Source of the DNA: an uncultured Acidobacteriota bacterium
GTDB lineage: Bacteria > Actinomycetota > Acidimicrobiia > Spongiisociales > ZC4RG35
Direction of reading: 5' to 3'
Assembly: GCA_963780755.1 (NCBI GenBank)
Contig: CAWACX010000001.1
Location: forward strand, 174,105-238,104
Length of the DNA: 64,000 nt
Shown here: positions 9,677-18,897 of the stretch, in pieces
Numbering within the stretch: the stretch's first letter is position 1
How the letters are laid out: every line of letters begins with the position of its first letter
Made by a program: the position numbers and the translations under genes
The notes under the pieces: generated by a model
What the model was told of the DNA's origin: nothing
The model's database searches: none
What the model saw: only the letters and a program-made list of their open reading frames with translations

Positions 9677-11010
9677 CAGGCGTTCCTCCCCCAGGTGACA
9701 GGCAGGCCGTTGGGGTTGCCGAAGGTGAAGGTCGATTGCGCCGATCCCGATGACAGGGTGTTCCGGATCGACCAGGTGCCGGCGTTGAACCACCCGATCC
9801 CGGTCACCCCGTCGCCGTTCCAGTCCCCGGTCACCGGCCGGCCCGGTCCGCCTCCGAAGGTGAAGTCGAAGTTGGGATTTCCGGCGGAGAGCGAGTTGCG
9901 GAGCATCCAGCGACTGCCCCGGACCATGCCGATCCCGGTGGAGCCGTCACCGTTCCAGTCACCGACCACCGGCATGTCGCCGGGCTGGCCGAATGTGAAG
10001 TCGTAATCCGGGTCGCCGGCGCGATTCGAGTTGCGGAGCATCCAGCGATTGCCCCGGACCACGCCGATGGTGTGAACTCCGTTGCCGTTCCAGTCGCCGA
10101 TCACCGGGATGTCGCCGGGCCGTCCATACCGGATCACCAGCTCCGGGTCACCCGGGCCCTTCCACCTGACGCAGGTACCAGATGAGGTCGGTGGCTCCCG
10201 CTACGCCGTGGCGGACGTTCTTGACCACGCCAACGGTGCGCACCCCGGAGTTGGAGAAGTCGCCGGCGACCGGGTAGTCGCCGGCGAGCCCCGAAGTCGA
10301 ATGTCTGGTTGGCGCCGGGCCGCTGCTGGCGGCGATTGCGCAGCTGCCAGGTCGTACCCGGTGTAAACGGCCGGCCAGGCCGGATAAGGGCCTTTGGGTG
10401 TGGTGTCCGGTAACAGGCCTGCGGCGTTGTGGGTATACGTCGACTGGGAGACGGCCGAAGTCGTGGAGCACGATGAGTCCCACTCCCACGGCGGCACGCA
10501 GGTGACCACGCGACAGGTGATCGGCCCGATGCACGGCTTGTGGTTGTTGCACTGTCCGTAGCGGAACCTGGTGCAGCAGGTCTTGCGCTCGCTGCAGTTG
10601 TCGTGGTTGCAATGGCAGTTGCAGTCGACGCAGGTGTGCGCACAGGTCCCAGAGCCGCCACAGCTGCACCCGCCGCAGCTCGCCGAGTTGCAGTCCAGGT
10701 AATAGCGGCTGTTGCCGTCGCAATAGGTGTTCCCCTCCGCCCGCCACCAACCGGCGACGATGTTTCCCGGGGGACAGGTGTTGACCCCGGTGATGTTGCA
10801 GCAGAAGTCGGTCCAACCGTCGTTGCACCGGGCGCCGGAACTGCATTGCCCGGGGACCACAGCTGCGTACGCGCTTCCGGGTCGAAGCAGGTAGGTGGTG
10901 GGTGCCGCCACCAAGGCAGTCCCCACCATCGCCGCCCGCCTCAAGAAGCCACGGCGGGATGTCCTGTTGTCGAGAGCCCGGGACGCGGCCTCGACAAGTC
11001 TCGTGCTCAC
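9676..11010 (-). CDS. Tat-exported Cys-rich protein (amine dehydrogenase light-chain-like N-domain) fused to GDWNGDG repeats; frameshifted at about 10130-10360
   Basis: GTG start overlapping the MauE stop, Tat motif TSRRGFL with AYA cleavage site, 23 Cys in about 126 aa (CNDGWTDFCC...CPPG...GWWRAEG...YYLDC), followed by tandem repeats. Confidence 0.8.
9690..10360 (-). repeat. Four to five tandem repeats of about 47 aa (W.LRN...F.FG.PGD.PV.GDWNG.G...IG), probable beta-propeller blades
   Basis: RYGRPGDIPVIGDWNGNGVHTIGVVRGNRWMLRN / TFGQPGDMPVVGDWNGDGSTGIGMVRGSRWMLRN / TFGGGPGRPVTGDWNGDGVTGIGWFNAGTWSIRN, plus the degenerate LAGDYPVAGDFSNSGVRTVGVVK. Confidence 0.85.
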
Positions 11011-11525
11011 GACGTGCCTGCCAGGGACAGAGTGCTTGGAAGTCGCGCGAGCAATAGGTAGGAGAGGTAGGCCCCGACCATCCCAAACCCGAGGAAGAGC
11101 ACGAGATCCTCGACTTGGCTCGACCAGGGAACGGGCTCCGCTCCAGTGACCACCAGCACGGACAGGGCGGTCACGGAGATCACGTTGTAGATCACATGGA
11201 TGACCGAAGGAGGCGTGTCCTCGCGGCCGAAGCACCCGCAGCTCTGTACCGGAATGCGGCGTCGGACCGCTGCCAGGGTGAACCAGGTGAACCCGACATA
11301 GAGGAGTGCGGCGGGAGCGATCCACCAGGCCCCGAGGGCCAGCCCAACGACCGAGGCGATGATCTCGACCGCACCCAGAAGGCGGGCGATCATCGCCGAT
11401 GAGGGGAGCCCGGCGGCCTTCATCGCACCTCGGGTCGGGTTGGGATCGACGACCTTGGCAACGCCGCTGGCCGCCAGGAGGAGGAGGGCGATGGTTGAAA
11501 AGGCTGACGCAACCACCGGTGGCAC
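11007..11525 (-). CDS. mauE: MauE/DoxX-family membrane protein
   Basis: LLLAASGVAKVVDP, GAVEII, and the CGCFG signature (SCGCFGRED); about five TM helices. Confidence 0.85.
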   Translation of the reverse strand: MPPVVASAFSTIALLLLAASGVAKVVDPNPTRGAMKAAGLPSSAMIARLLGAVEIIASVVGLALGAWWIAPAALLYVGFTWFTLAAVRRRIPVQSCGCFGREDTPPSVIHVIYNVISVTALSVLVVTGAEPVPWSSQVEDLVLFLGFGMVGAYLSYLLLARLPSTLSLAGTS

Positions 11526-11580
11526 CTTAACCGGGGACCCATTTCAATCAAACGAACGCCCTGAAGGGGTATGCGGTTAG

Positions 11581-12465
11581 ATGCGGCTTGCCTTGCTCGG
11601 GGTCATACAATCCTGTCCCGTGGCTGTCTCCACCTCCCGAGGGATCACCTACCGCGCCCGAAGGTTGCGGACGTATGCGACCGACCTCTGGGGGCGCCGC
11701 GAGTTTGCCTGGTTCCTGGCGATGGGCAACCTCAAGGCGAGGAACGCTTCCACGGCCTTGGGGCTCTTCTGGTGGGTGCTCAATCCTTTGCTGCTCGGTC
11801 TCGTTTACTTCTTCGTTTTTGGCATTCTGTTTGCTGGTTCCAGCCGCCCAGAGGGATACATCGCATACCTGCTCTCGGGGATGTTCGTGTTCCATTTCAC
11901 CAACCAGTCGATGACGGGTGGGGCCAACGCCATCCTTCAGAACTCGAAGCTGCTGGCGAATTTGAAGTTCCCACGTCTGGTGCTCCTCATCTCGAGCCTC
12001 ATCGAGTCCGGCGTGGGCTTTCTCGCTTCCCTCGTCGTGTTCTATGCGATTGCCTGGCCTGCAGCCGGCGCTCATCCTTCGCGTTACACCCTGTTCCTCT
12101 TGGTGATCTTCCCCATACAGGTGATCTTCAACCTGGGCTTGAGCTCGATCGTGGCTCGGATGGCTGTGCCATTTCGGGACATCAACAACTTCCTCCCCTA
12201 TGTCAACCGACTCTGGCTGTACCTGTCGCCGATCATCTGGCAGCTCTCGTTCCTCGAGGACGCCGACCCGGCGATCCGCACGTTGGTCGAGCTGAACCCG
12301 ATGTTCCACATCATCGAGCTCTATCGAACTGCGTTGATCGGATATCCCGAATATCCGTTCCAGTGGGACAACCTGTGGACCGCACTGGCGTGGGCCGTGG
12401 GCGTATTCCTCCTGGGGGTGGCCGGCTTTGTCCGCTACGAGACGCGAATGGTTCGCTACCTGTGA
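11581..12465 (+). CDS. wzm: ABC-2 polysaccharide export permease (Wzm/TagG-like)
   Basis: LKARNASTALGLFWWVLNPLL, NLKFPR, FRDINNFLPY, LNPMFHIIELYR; multiple TM helices; coupled to the ATPase. Confidence 0.92.
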   Translation: MRLALLGVIQSCPVAVSTSRGITYRARRLRTYATDLWGRREFAWFLAMGNLKARNASTALGLFWWVLNPLLLGLVYFFVFGILFAGSSRPEGYIAYLLSGMFVFHFTNQSMTGGANAILQNSKLLANLKFPRLVLLISSLIESGVGFLASLVVFYAIAWPAAGAHPSRYTLFLLVIFPIQVIFNLGLSSIVARMAVPFRDINNFLPYVNRLWLYLSPIIWQLSFLEDADPAIRTLVELNPMFHIIELYRTALIGYPEYPFQWDNLWTALAWAVGVFLLGVAGFVRYETRMVRYL

Positions 12466-13202
12466 AAGGCTGGGCAATCAAGGCCGAGGAGGTAACGGTC
12501 GCATTCCGCCCCTTCGTGGAACGGAAGCCGACCTTGCGCCGAACGCTGGCCAATTTTCGGAGCAGGCAACGCGAGCTGGTGACCGCGCTCGACCATGTGA
12601 GCTTTGATGTGAAGAAAGGCGAAGCTTTCGGGATCGTCGGCCGCAATGGCGCCGGTAAGAGCACCCTGATGAGGGTCGTTGCCGGGACACTGCGCCCCGA
12701 CGAGGGTCGCGCCGTCAGCTCCGGCCGCACTTCGACGTTGCTTCAACTCGGGGTGGGCTTCAACAACGAGTTGTCCGGGATCCGCAACATCTACCTCGGT
12801 GGGCTCGCCGCCGGCCTTCGAAGGAAGCACATAGACGAGCTATTCGACGACATCGTCGCCTATGCCGAGCTCGAGGAGGCGATCGATCGTCCCATCAAGA
12901 CGTATTCGTCAGGGATGTTGTCCCGTCTCGCTTTCTCGATCGGCATGCACCTCAACCCGGACATCCTGCTCCTCGACGAGATCCTCAGCGTGGGTGACGA
13001 GTCGTTCCGGGTCAAGAGCGAGCAGACGATGCAGGACCTGCTTGGCAGATCGGGGACCATCGTGTTCGTCTCTCACAACTTGAACAAAGTTGCCGAGTTC
13101 TGTGACCGGGCAATGTGGTTGGAGCGGGGCATGGTGCGCCACATCGGTGAGGCTGGCGATGTGGTCGACCACTACCGGGCAGCCGTGGCGTCGGGCTTGT
13201 GA
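12462..13202 (+). CDS. wzt: ABC polysaccharide export ATPase (Wzt/TagH-like) with no C-terminal carbohydrate-binding module
   Basis: GTG start overlapping the wzm stop; Walker A GRNGAGKS, signature YSSGM, Walker B LLLDE, SHN. About 246 aa. Confidence 0.93.
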   Translation: MKGWAIKAEEVTVAFRPFVERKPTLRRTLANFRSRQRELVTALDHVSFDVKKGEAFGIVGRNGAGKSTLMRVVAGTLRPDEGRAVSSGRTSTLLQLGVGFNNELSGIRNIYLGGLAAGLRRKHIDELFDDIVAYAELEEAIDRPIKTYSSGMLSRLAFSIGMHLNPDILLLDEILSVGDESFRVKSEQTMQDLLGRSGTIVFVSHNLNKVAEFCDRAMWLERGMVRHIGEAGDVVDHYRAAVASGL

Positions 13203-14394
13203 TTGTGACGAGTGAATCGTCGGAGCCTCTGGTCGATCCCGCGCTGCTGGCTGCCCGGGCCAGGTTGGCAATGGTCGCCGCCGAGCTCGGCCTCGGAGTC
13301 ACCATTGCCCACAGAGGATCGACCGGAATCAGAAACCCCCTTCATGCCCTTGGTCACCGTCGTGATGCCGGTGTTCAACGACGAGAAGTTCGTAGCTGCT
13401 GCCGTCGACTCGGTCCGGCGACAGACCTATCCCAATTGGGAGTGTGTGATCGTGGACGACGCGTCGGTCGACACCTCGTGGGACATTCTCCGGTCGGTCA
13501 CCGATGGCGACGACCGCTTCCGAGTCGCCCGGCAGCCGAGCAATCAAGGCCCGGCAGCCGCACGCAACCGCGCGATCGAATCATCCAAAGGCGACTTCGT
13601 GGCTTTCCTCGACGGCGACGACCTCATGCTTCCTTACAGTCTCGAGGATCGGGTCGCCGCCTTGATCCCACATCGTGATGACCCGCACATAGCCGGGTCA
13701 TATTCCGGTGCCCGTTTCGGGGCCGAGGAATCGAAGTTGGGAGATTTCCCGGTACGTCAGAGCGCAACCCTGCGGCCCTTTGTCGACTTCGTGATCTCCG
13801 ACGGGGAATGCCCGTTCAGCATCATCGCCCCGCTCGTCGAAGTTGCCGTAATCAGAGGTGTCGGTGGTTTCGACGAGAAGATGCGCTCGGGGGCGGCCGA
13901 TTGGGAGCTTTGGCATCGCATATTGCGCAATGGCCACGTCTTCGTGTCGGCACCGGTCCTCGGTGCCGTGTACCGGCAGAATGGGAGTGGGTTCACCCGG
14001 ACCAATCCGGCGTCGCACACAGCGGTCGCAGCTCGTTTGATCGGCGCCGCACACAAGAGATTCTCGAGGCGCTCATTGCGCGCCCCCACCCCGTTCCCGA
14101 TGCGAGAGCCGATCGGCCACTACCGGATGATCCTCAAAGTCGCCGAGAGGGCGACCCGATTCGCTGCGATGGCCCTGGTTGACGGCAAACCCGACGAGAT
14201 GATCTCGACGTTGTCGGTGCTGCAGCCCGGGTACATGGCCCCTGCTGGAAAGGCACTTGGCTGTCGGCGACTTGGTGAAGGCGGGCGCGGCGAGGTCGCT
14301 CGGAATCCTCCCAGGCCAGCTCGACACCGAGCTCGATGTCTTGTCGCCATTGGTGACCACGGTCAGAGCTGGGATGGCAGAGGCAAGCGCATGA
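13199..14394 (+). CDS. GT2 glycosyltransferase, frameshifted
   Basis: LVTVVMPVFND, VDDASVD, NQGPAAARN, FLDGDD. A shift at about 14230 restores WPLLERHL...MAEASA* ending in ATGA at 14391-14394. Confidence 0.8.
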
Positions 14395-15281
14395 CCGCGC
14401 CACGGGCCTCCATCGTCATTCGGTGCCACAACGAGGCTGACCACATCGGAAAGCTGTTCGCCGAGCTCAAACGGCAGACTTTCACCGACTACGAGATCGT
14501 GGTCGTCGACTCCGGGTCGGATGATGGGACGCTCGACATCGTCGAAGGTGAGGATGTGGTCCTCGAGCACATTCGCAAGGAGGAATTCAGCTTCGGGCGC
14601 TCGCTCAACCTGGGGTGCCAGGCCGCTTCGGGGGAATTCTTGGTGTTCATCTCGGCGCATTGCTATCCAGAGCACGAGTCCTGGCTGGAGAACCTGATAT
14701 CGGCTTTCGACGACGACAAGGTGGCCGTGGCCTACGGCAAGCAAAGGGGCATTCCCGAATCGCACTTCTCGGAGCGCCAGATCTTCCGCCGCTGGTTCCC
14801 CGAGGAGTCGGTCCTTCGCCAGGACGGGCCCTTCTCCAACAATGCCAACGCCGCGATCCGGAAATCGCTGTGGGAGTCCCATCCATACGACGAAGCCGTG
14901 ACCGGGCTCGAAGACGTGGCCTGGGCCCAGCAGGTGATGCGCGAGGGTTGGTGGGTCAGTTATCGCGCCGACGCCGGCGTGATCCACGTCCACAACGAGA
15001 CACCGAGCCAGATCCGCAATCGATACCGTCGTGAGGCGATCACCTTCCAGAAGGTCTTTCCCGGTGAGCACTTCAACGCATGGGACTTCCTGCGGCTCTC
15101 CGCAAGGAACGTGACAGCCGATGCCAGCGCCGCCCGGGCTGAGGGCATGGGACTGGCCGCAATCTGGCCGATCGTTCGCTTTCGGCTGTCGCAGTTCGCC
15201 GGCACCTACCAGGGGTTTCACATGCGACGGCCCCCTTCGAGCGATCTCAAGAAGCGCTTCTATTACCCCGAGGAACCTTGA
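14391..15281 (+). CDS. GT2 glycosyltransferase (rhamnosyltransferase-like)
   Basis: MTAPRASIVIRCHNE, VVDSGSDDGT, FSFGRSLNLG, FSNNANAAIR, LEDVAW, HVHNE. Confidence 0.88.
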   Translation: MTAPRASIVIRCHNEADHIGKLFAELKRQTFTDYEIVVVDSGSDDGTLDIVEGEDVVLEHIRKEEFSFGRSLNLGCQAASGEFLVFISAHCYPEHESWLENLISAFDDDKVAVAYGKQRGIPESHFSERQIFRRWFPEESVLRQDGPFSNNANAAIRKSLWESHPYDEAVTGLEDVAWAQQVMREGWWVSYRADAGVIHVHNETPSQIRNRYRREAITFQKVFPGEHFNAWDFLRLSARNVTADASAARAEGMGLAAIWPIVRFRLSQFAGTYQGFHMRRPPSSDLKKRFYYPEEP

Positions 15282-15282
15282 G

Positions 15283-15945
15283 TTGAGCCTGGCCGGCCTG
15301 ATCCCGATGAAGGGCCATTCCGAGCGTGTGCCGGGCAAGAACTTGAGGCTGATGGCGGGCAGGCCTCTGTTTCATTGGATAACGGAGACCCTGACCCGCG
15401 CAGACAACGTGGACGAGGTCGTGATCGACACCGACAGTGATGAAATCGAGGCCGCCGTCCGTGCTTCCTTTCCGGAAGTCACCATCCATCGCCGCCCCGA
15501 CCACCTACACGGCGATTTCGTGCCGATGCACGACGTGGTCACCGAGGTTGCCAGGGCGCTCGGCCACGACCATCTTCTCCAGACCCATTCCACCAACCCG
15601 CTGCTCCGCACTGAAACCGTGGAAGCCGCGGTCGAGTCCTATCTGGAGCCGGGGGAGCACGATTCGCTGATGTCGGTCACCGCCTTGCAGACCCGGTTCT
15701 TCTTCGAGGACGGCCGCCCGGTGAACCACGATCCGGCAGTGTTGCTTCGAACCCAGGACCTGGCTCCGATCCTCGAAGAGAACTCCTGTCTCTACATTGC
15801 CCCGCGCTCCCAGGTGGTGACGACCGGCAGGCGGGTAGGGCCGAAGCCAAAGTTGTTCGCCATTCCTCGGGAGGAGGCGGTGGACATCGACGAAGAGCTC
15901 GATTTCGCCATCGCCGAGTTCCTGCTGGAGCGTGCTCATGGCTGA
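15283..15945 (+). CDS. Acylneuraminate/ulosonate cytidylyltransferase (NeuA/CMAS family)
   Basis: LIPMKGHSERVPGKNLR, VIDTDS, THSTNPL, EENSCLYI, DIDEELDF. Confidence 0.88.
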   Translation: MSLAGLIPMKGHSERVPGKNLRLMAGRPLFHWITETLTRADNVDEVVIDTDSDEIEAAVRASFPEVTIHRRPDHLHGDFVPMHDVVTEVARALGHDHLLQTHSTNPLLRTETVEAAVESYLEPGEHDSLMSVTALQTRFFFEDGRPVNHDPAVLLRTQDLAPILEENSCLYIAPRSQVVTTGRRVGPKPKLFAIPREEAVDIDEELDFAIAEFLLERAHG

Positions 15946-16873
15946 CCGGGTGTTGATCAGTTGCATCCACGTATGGTCCGACGCCGCCCAGGTCACGGCC
16001 CGGCTCGAGGGACTCGGCCTCGAAGTCGACATCCCGCGGTTCGAAGGACAGCAACTGGACGAAGCGGACTTGCTGCCGATCATCGATCGCTATGCCGGGA
16101 TCCTGGCCGGGGACGACGAGCTCAACCGCAGCGTGCTTCAGGCCGGCACCAACCTCAGGGCGATCTCGAAGTGGGGAGTCGGGGTCGATGCCATCGACAT
16201 GGTGGCTGCCGAGGAGCTGGGAATCGCGGTCCTCAACACGCCGGGAGTCTTCGGTGAGGAGCTAGCCGACTATGCGATGGGCTATCTCCACTTGCTGGCG
16301 CGACGACAGCACGAGGTGAACGAGAAGGTCAAAGCCGGGACCTGGCACAAGGTGAAGGGTCGATCCCTGGCCGGGATGACCCTGGGGATCGTGGGAATGG
16401 GAAGCTCCGGCCGTGCCCTGGCTCGAAGGGCAACGGCGGCGTCGATGCGGGTGGTCGGTTATGACCCGTTCCCGGTGGAGGAAATGGCCGAGTTCGAGTT
16501 GGTTCCCTTCAACCACCTGCTCGCAGAGTCAGATGTGGTCTCGCTTCACATGCCGGCGTCGGATGACACCTATCACATGTTCGAGGCGGCCGCACTGGGG
16601 AAAATGAAGGACGGGGCGTGGCTGATCAACACATCACGCGGCTCGCTGGTCGATGAGGGCGCGCTTCTTTCGGCTCTGGTGGACGGGAAGATCGGCGCTG
16701 CTGCCCTCGATGTGTTCGAGCAGGAGCCAGTGGCCCCGGACAACCCGCTCCTCGGCCTGGATAACGTGATCGCCGGGTCGCACAACGGCTCCAATACGTT
16801 CCAGGCGGTGGCCAGAACTACCCAGGCGGCGCTGGACAACCTGATCCGTGGTCTCGGCTTGGAGGAACAGTGA
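15938..16873 (+). CDS. D-isomer-specific 2-hydroxyacid dehydrogenase (phosphoglycerate dehydrogenase-like)
   Basis: SKWGVGVDAID, NTPG, GIVGMGSSG, LINTSRG, AALDVFEQEP, SHN. Confidence 0.9.
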   Translation: MADRVLISCIHVWSDAAQVTARLEGLGLEVDIPRFEGQQLDEADLLPIIDRYAGILAGDDELNRSVLQAGTNLRAISKWGVGVDAIDMVAAEELGIAVLNTPGVFGEELADYAMGYLHLLARRQHEVNEKVKAGTWHKVKGRSLAGMTLGIVGMGSSGRALARRATAASMRVVGYDPFPVEEMAEFELVPFNHLLAESDVVSLHMPASDDTYHMFEAAALGKMKDGAWLINTSRGSLVDEGALLSALVDGKIGAAALDVFEQEPVAPDNPLLGLDNVIAGSHNGSNTFQAVARTTQAALDNLIRGLGLEEQ

Positions 16874-17571
16874 TCGAATCTGTGATCGTCACCGGAGCCT
16901 GTGGTGGGGTGGGGTCGGCCTGTGTCACCGCTTTCCAAGAGATGGGCGCCTGGGTGCTCGGGGTCGACCGGGAAAAGGAAAGCGGTGCCGACGAGCACCT
17001 GGTGCTCGACCTCGTCGACCCCGATTGTGGGAAGCAATTGCGTGAGCACCTCGCCGACCGGCCGCTGGACGTCCTGATCAACAACGCCGCAGTCGGATTC
17101 GCCCTGGAGGCGACGGAAGCCGATGCCGCTACGTTCGACGAGGTCATCGCGGTGAATCTCCGCGCACCCTTCCTCTTATCCACCGCCCTATATCCCGTAC
17201 TTGTCGAGAGCAGAGGCTCCATCGTCAACGTGGGGTCGGTCCATGCGGTCGCCACCGCAGCCCGAGTGAGCGCATACGCGGCATCGAAGGGTGGGTTGGT
17301 CGCGTTGACCCGAGCACTCGCCATGGAGTGGGCGCCGGAGGTGAGGGTCAACGCTGTCCTCCCAGGAGCGGTCGACACCCCCTTGCTGTCGGACGGGCTG
17401 TCACGGGCCAACATGACACTCGCCGGCTTCGGCGAGCGCCAGCCGGTCGGTCGGGTGGGAATGCCGTCCGAGATTGCGGAAGCCGTAGTCTTCCTCGCCG
17501 CCAACGGCTTCACCACCGGTGCATCCTTGGTGGTCGACGGAGGGGCTTCGGCCCGATTGAGCACCGAGTAG
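16870..17571 (+). CDS. Short-chain dehydrogenase/reductase
   Basis: VTGACGGVG, NNAA, GSV, YAASK, VNAVLPGAVDT, VDGG. Confidence 0.9.
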   Translation: MIESVIVTGACGGVGSACVTAFQEMGAWVLGVDREKESGADEHLVLDLVDPDCGKQLREHLADRPLDVLINNAAVGFALEATEADAATFDEVIAVNLRAPFLLSTALYPVLVESRGSIVNVGSVHAVATAARVSAYAASKGGLVALTRALAMEWAPEVRVNAVLPGAVDTPLLSDGLSRANMTLAGFGERQPVGRVGMPSEIAEAVVFLAANGFTTGASLVVDGGASARLSTE

Positions 17572-17584
17572 AGGGAGGATCGTT

Positions 17585-18136
17585 GTGAACATGACCAACA
17601 CCCTGTTGTCGGCTCGAAGTCGGCGCGTCGCCCTGTTCCTAATGGTTGCGCTGATCGCAGTGGGATTCCTGATCTACCCGGAGAGCCTCGCCGTCAAGGT
17701 CCTCGGTGCCCTACTCACGGCTCTCGTCGGCGTGGTCCTCAAGGCGTTGTCCGAGGTTCAAGGCGAGGTCCGGCGCCGCCTTCGGCGGAGGTCCGGCGAG
17801 TCGATGAGGCGGTGATGCGATCTGGAAAGGAACGCGAGGCGGCGGCTCGGGAGGCCGGGCACCGCCTCGATCGTGTGGCGGCATCCGTTTCCACGATGTC
17901 GGCCGTCGAGCATCCCGTGTCCAAGAAGACATCGGCCGAATCGAGATCAGCGAGAGCCCAGTGAAGAGACCCGAGTAGCCCTCGCCGCCCTGTCGGACCG
18001 AGTCGAGAACGGTGGCGGTTTCGGGCGACGTGGCAGCCGGGTACATGGTGAGGTCGAGGCGGGGCCTCTTCGAGAATTGGGCTTCGAGCGAATCTCTTGG
18101 CGGGATCGGCCTGGTGTCGACTCCGAGCCCGGGTGA
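17585..18136 (+). CDS. Membrane protein with two TM helices and a helical tail; frameshifted, 3' end uncertain
   Basis: VALFLMVALIAVGFLIYP and VLGALLTALVGVVL. The charged helical sequence continues in other frames (AEVRRVDEAVMRSGKEREAAAREAGHRL). Confidence 0.4.
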
Positions 18137-18877
18137 GACGAGAGGGCTGACAGGAGTACTGGGACGAAGGAACCCGGCTTGGGTGGCTCCATGTCGGCGA
18201 ACGGCTGTCGTTGCCAGATGGCGATTCCTGGGGTGTACCAACTGCGAAACGGGAGGTTCACCAGGTTGCCCCCGTGGCGCGCCAGGATCGTGCGGAGTGC
18301 GCCATTGACCCTCGGGTCCTCGGTCCCCTCGGAGATAAGGGCGGTGTTGTCGAAGATCACGACGCCGTCCGGACGCATGCGATGGACGACCATGTCGAAC
18401 TCCTTGACAACATGGTCGTGGAAGTGGTTGCCGTCGAGAAAGGCGATCGCGACCTCGTCCACATCAGCGACGATCTCTGGAAGCACCTCAAGGCATCCCC
18501 GCAGTAGGTCGGTCACACGCCGGAGACGCCGGCAAGCACGAACCGCCGTTTCGCCTCCTCATGGATGTCCGGATCGAGCTCGATGGTGTTGGCACGGTCG
18601 CCTTTCGCCCGGAATCGAGTATCGCCTGGCCGATCAGGATGGCGGTGGAGCCTACGTTGGTCCCGGTCTCGATGATCACGTTAGGGCGATCGGAGTCGAG
18701 GAGCATCAGGACGGTGTGATAAACCCAGCCCCAGCCAGGGTGTCCCAGGCTGCGGCCCGATCTGGTCACCCAGTCGATCTCGTCGATCACTCCGTCGTCG
18801 AGGAAGGCGACGAAGCGGCTGGGGATGATCGACCGGTCGTATTTCGTGATCCGGTAGCGGTAGTCAGGTTCGCGGAC
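17947..18877 (-). CDS. Class I SAM methyltransferase (Methyltransf_24-like), frameshifted; both ends uncertain
   Basis: VIIETGTNVGSTA, IELDP, AFLDGNHFHDHVVKEF, MRPDGVVIFDN. Confidence 0.75.
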
Positions 18878-18897
18878 GCAGTTCTCCCGATCTCTCC

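Noticed and set aside
10540-10900. Possible heme c or Fe-S protein in the Cys-rich domain
   Set aside because: No CxxCH motif is present (the closest is CNCH), and the MauD/MauE context favours disulfides. Metal binding is not excluded but is not supported.
11571-13202. 543-aa ORF with a long N-terminal extension on Wzt
   Set aside because: The extension is an alternative frame of wzm. The real start is the GTG at 12462 overlapping the wzm stop.
13212-15281. Apparent 689-aa double-GT2 fusion in the ORF track
   Set aside because: A frameshift at about 14230 puts the first gene in the wrong frame. The corrected frame ends with ATGA at 14391-14394, overlapping the second gene's start, so these are two coupled genes.
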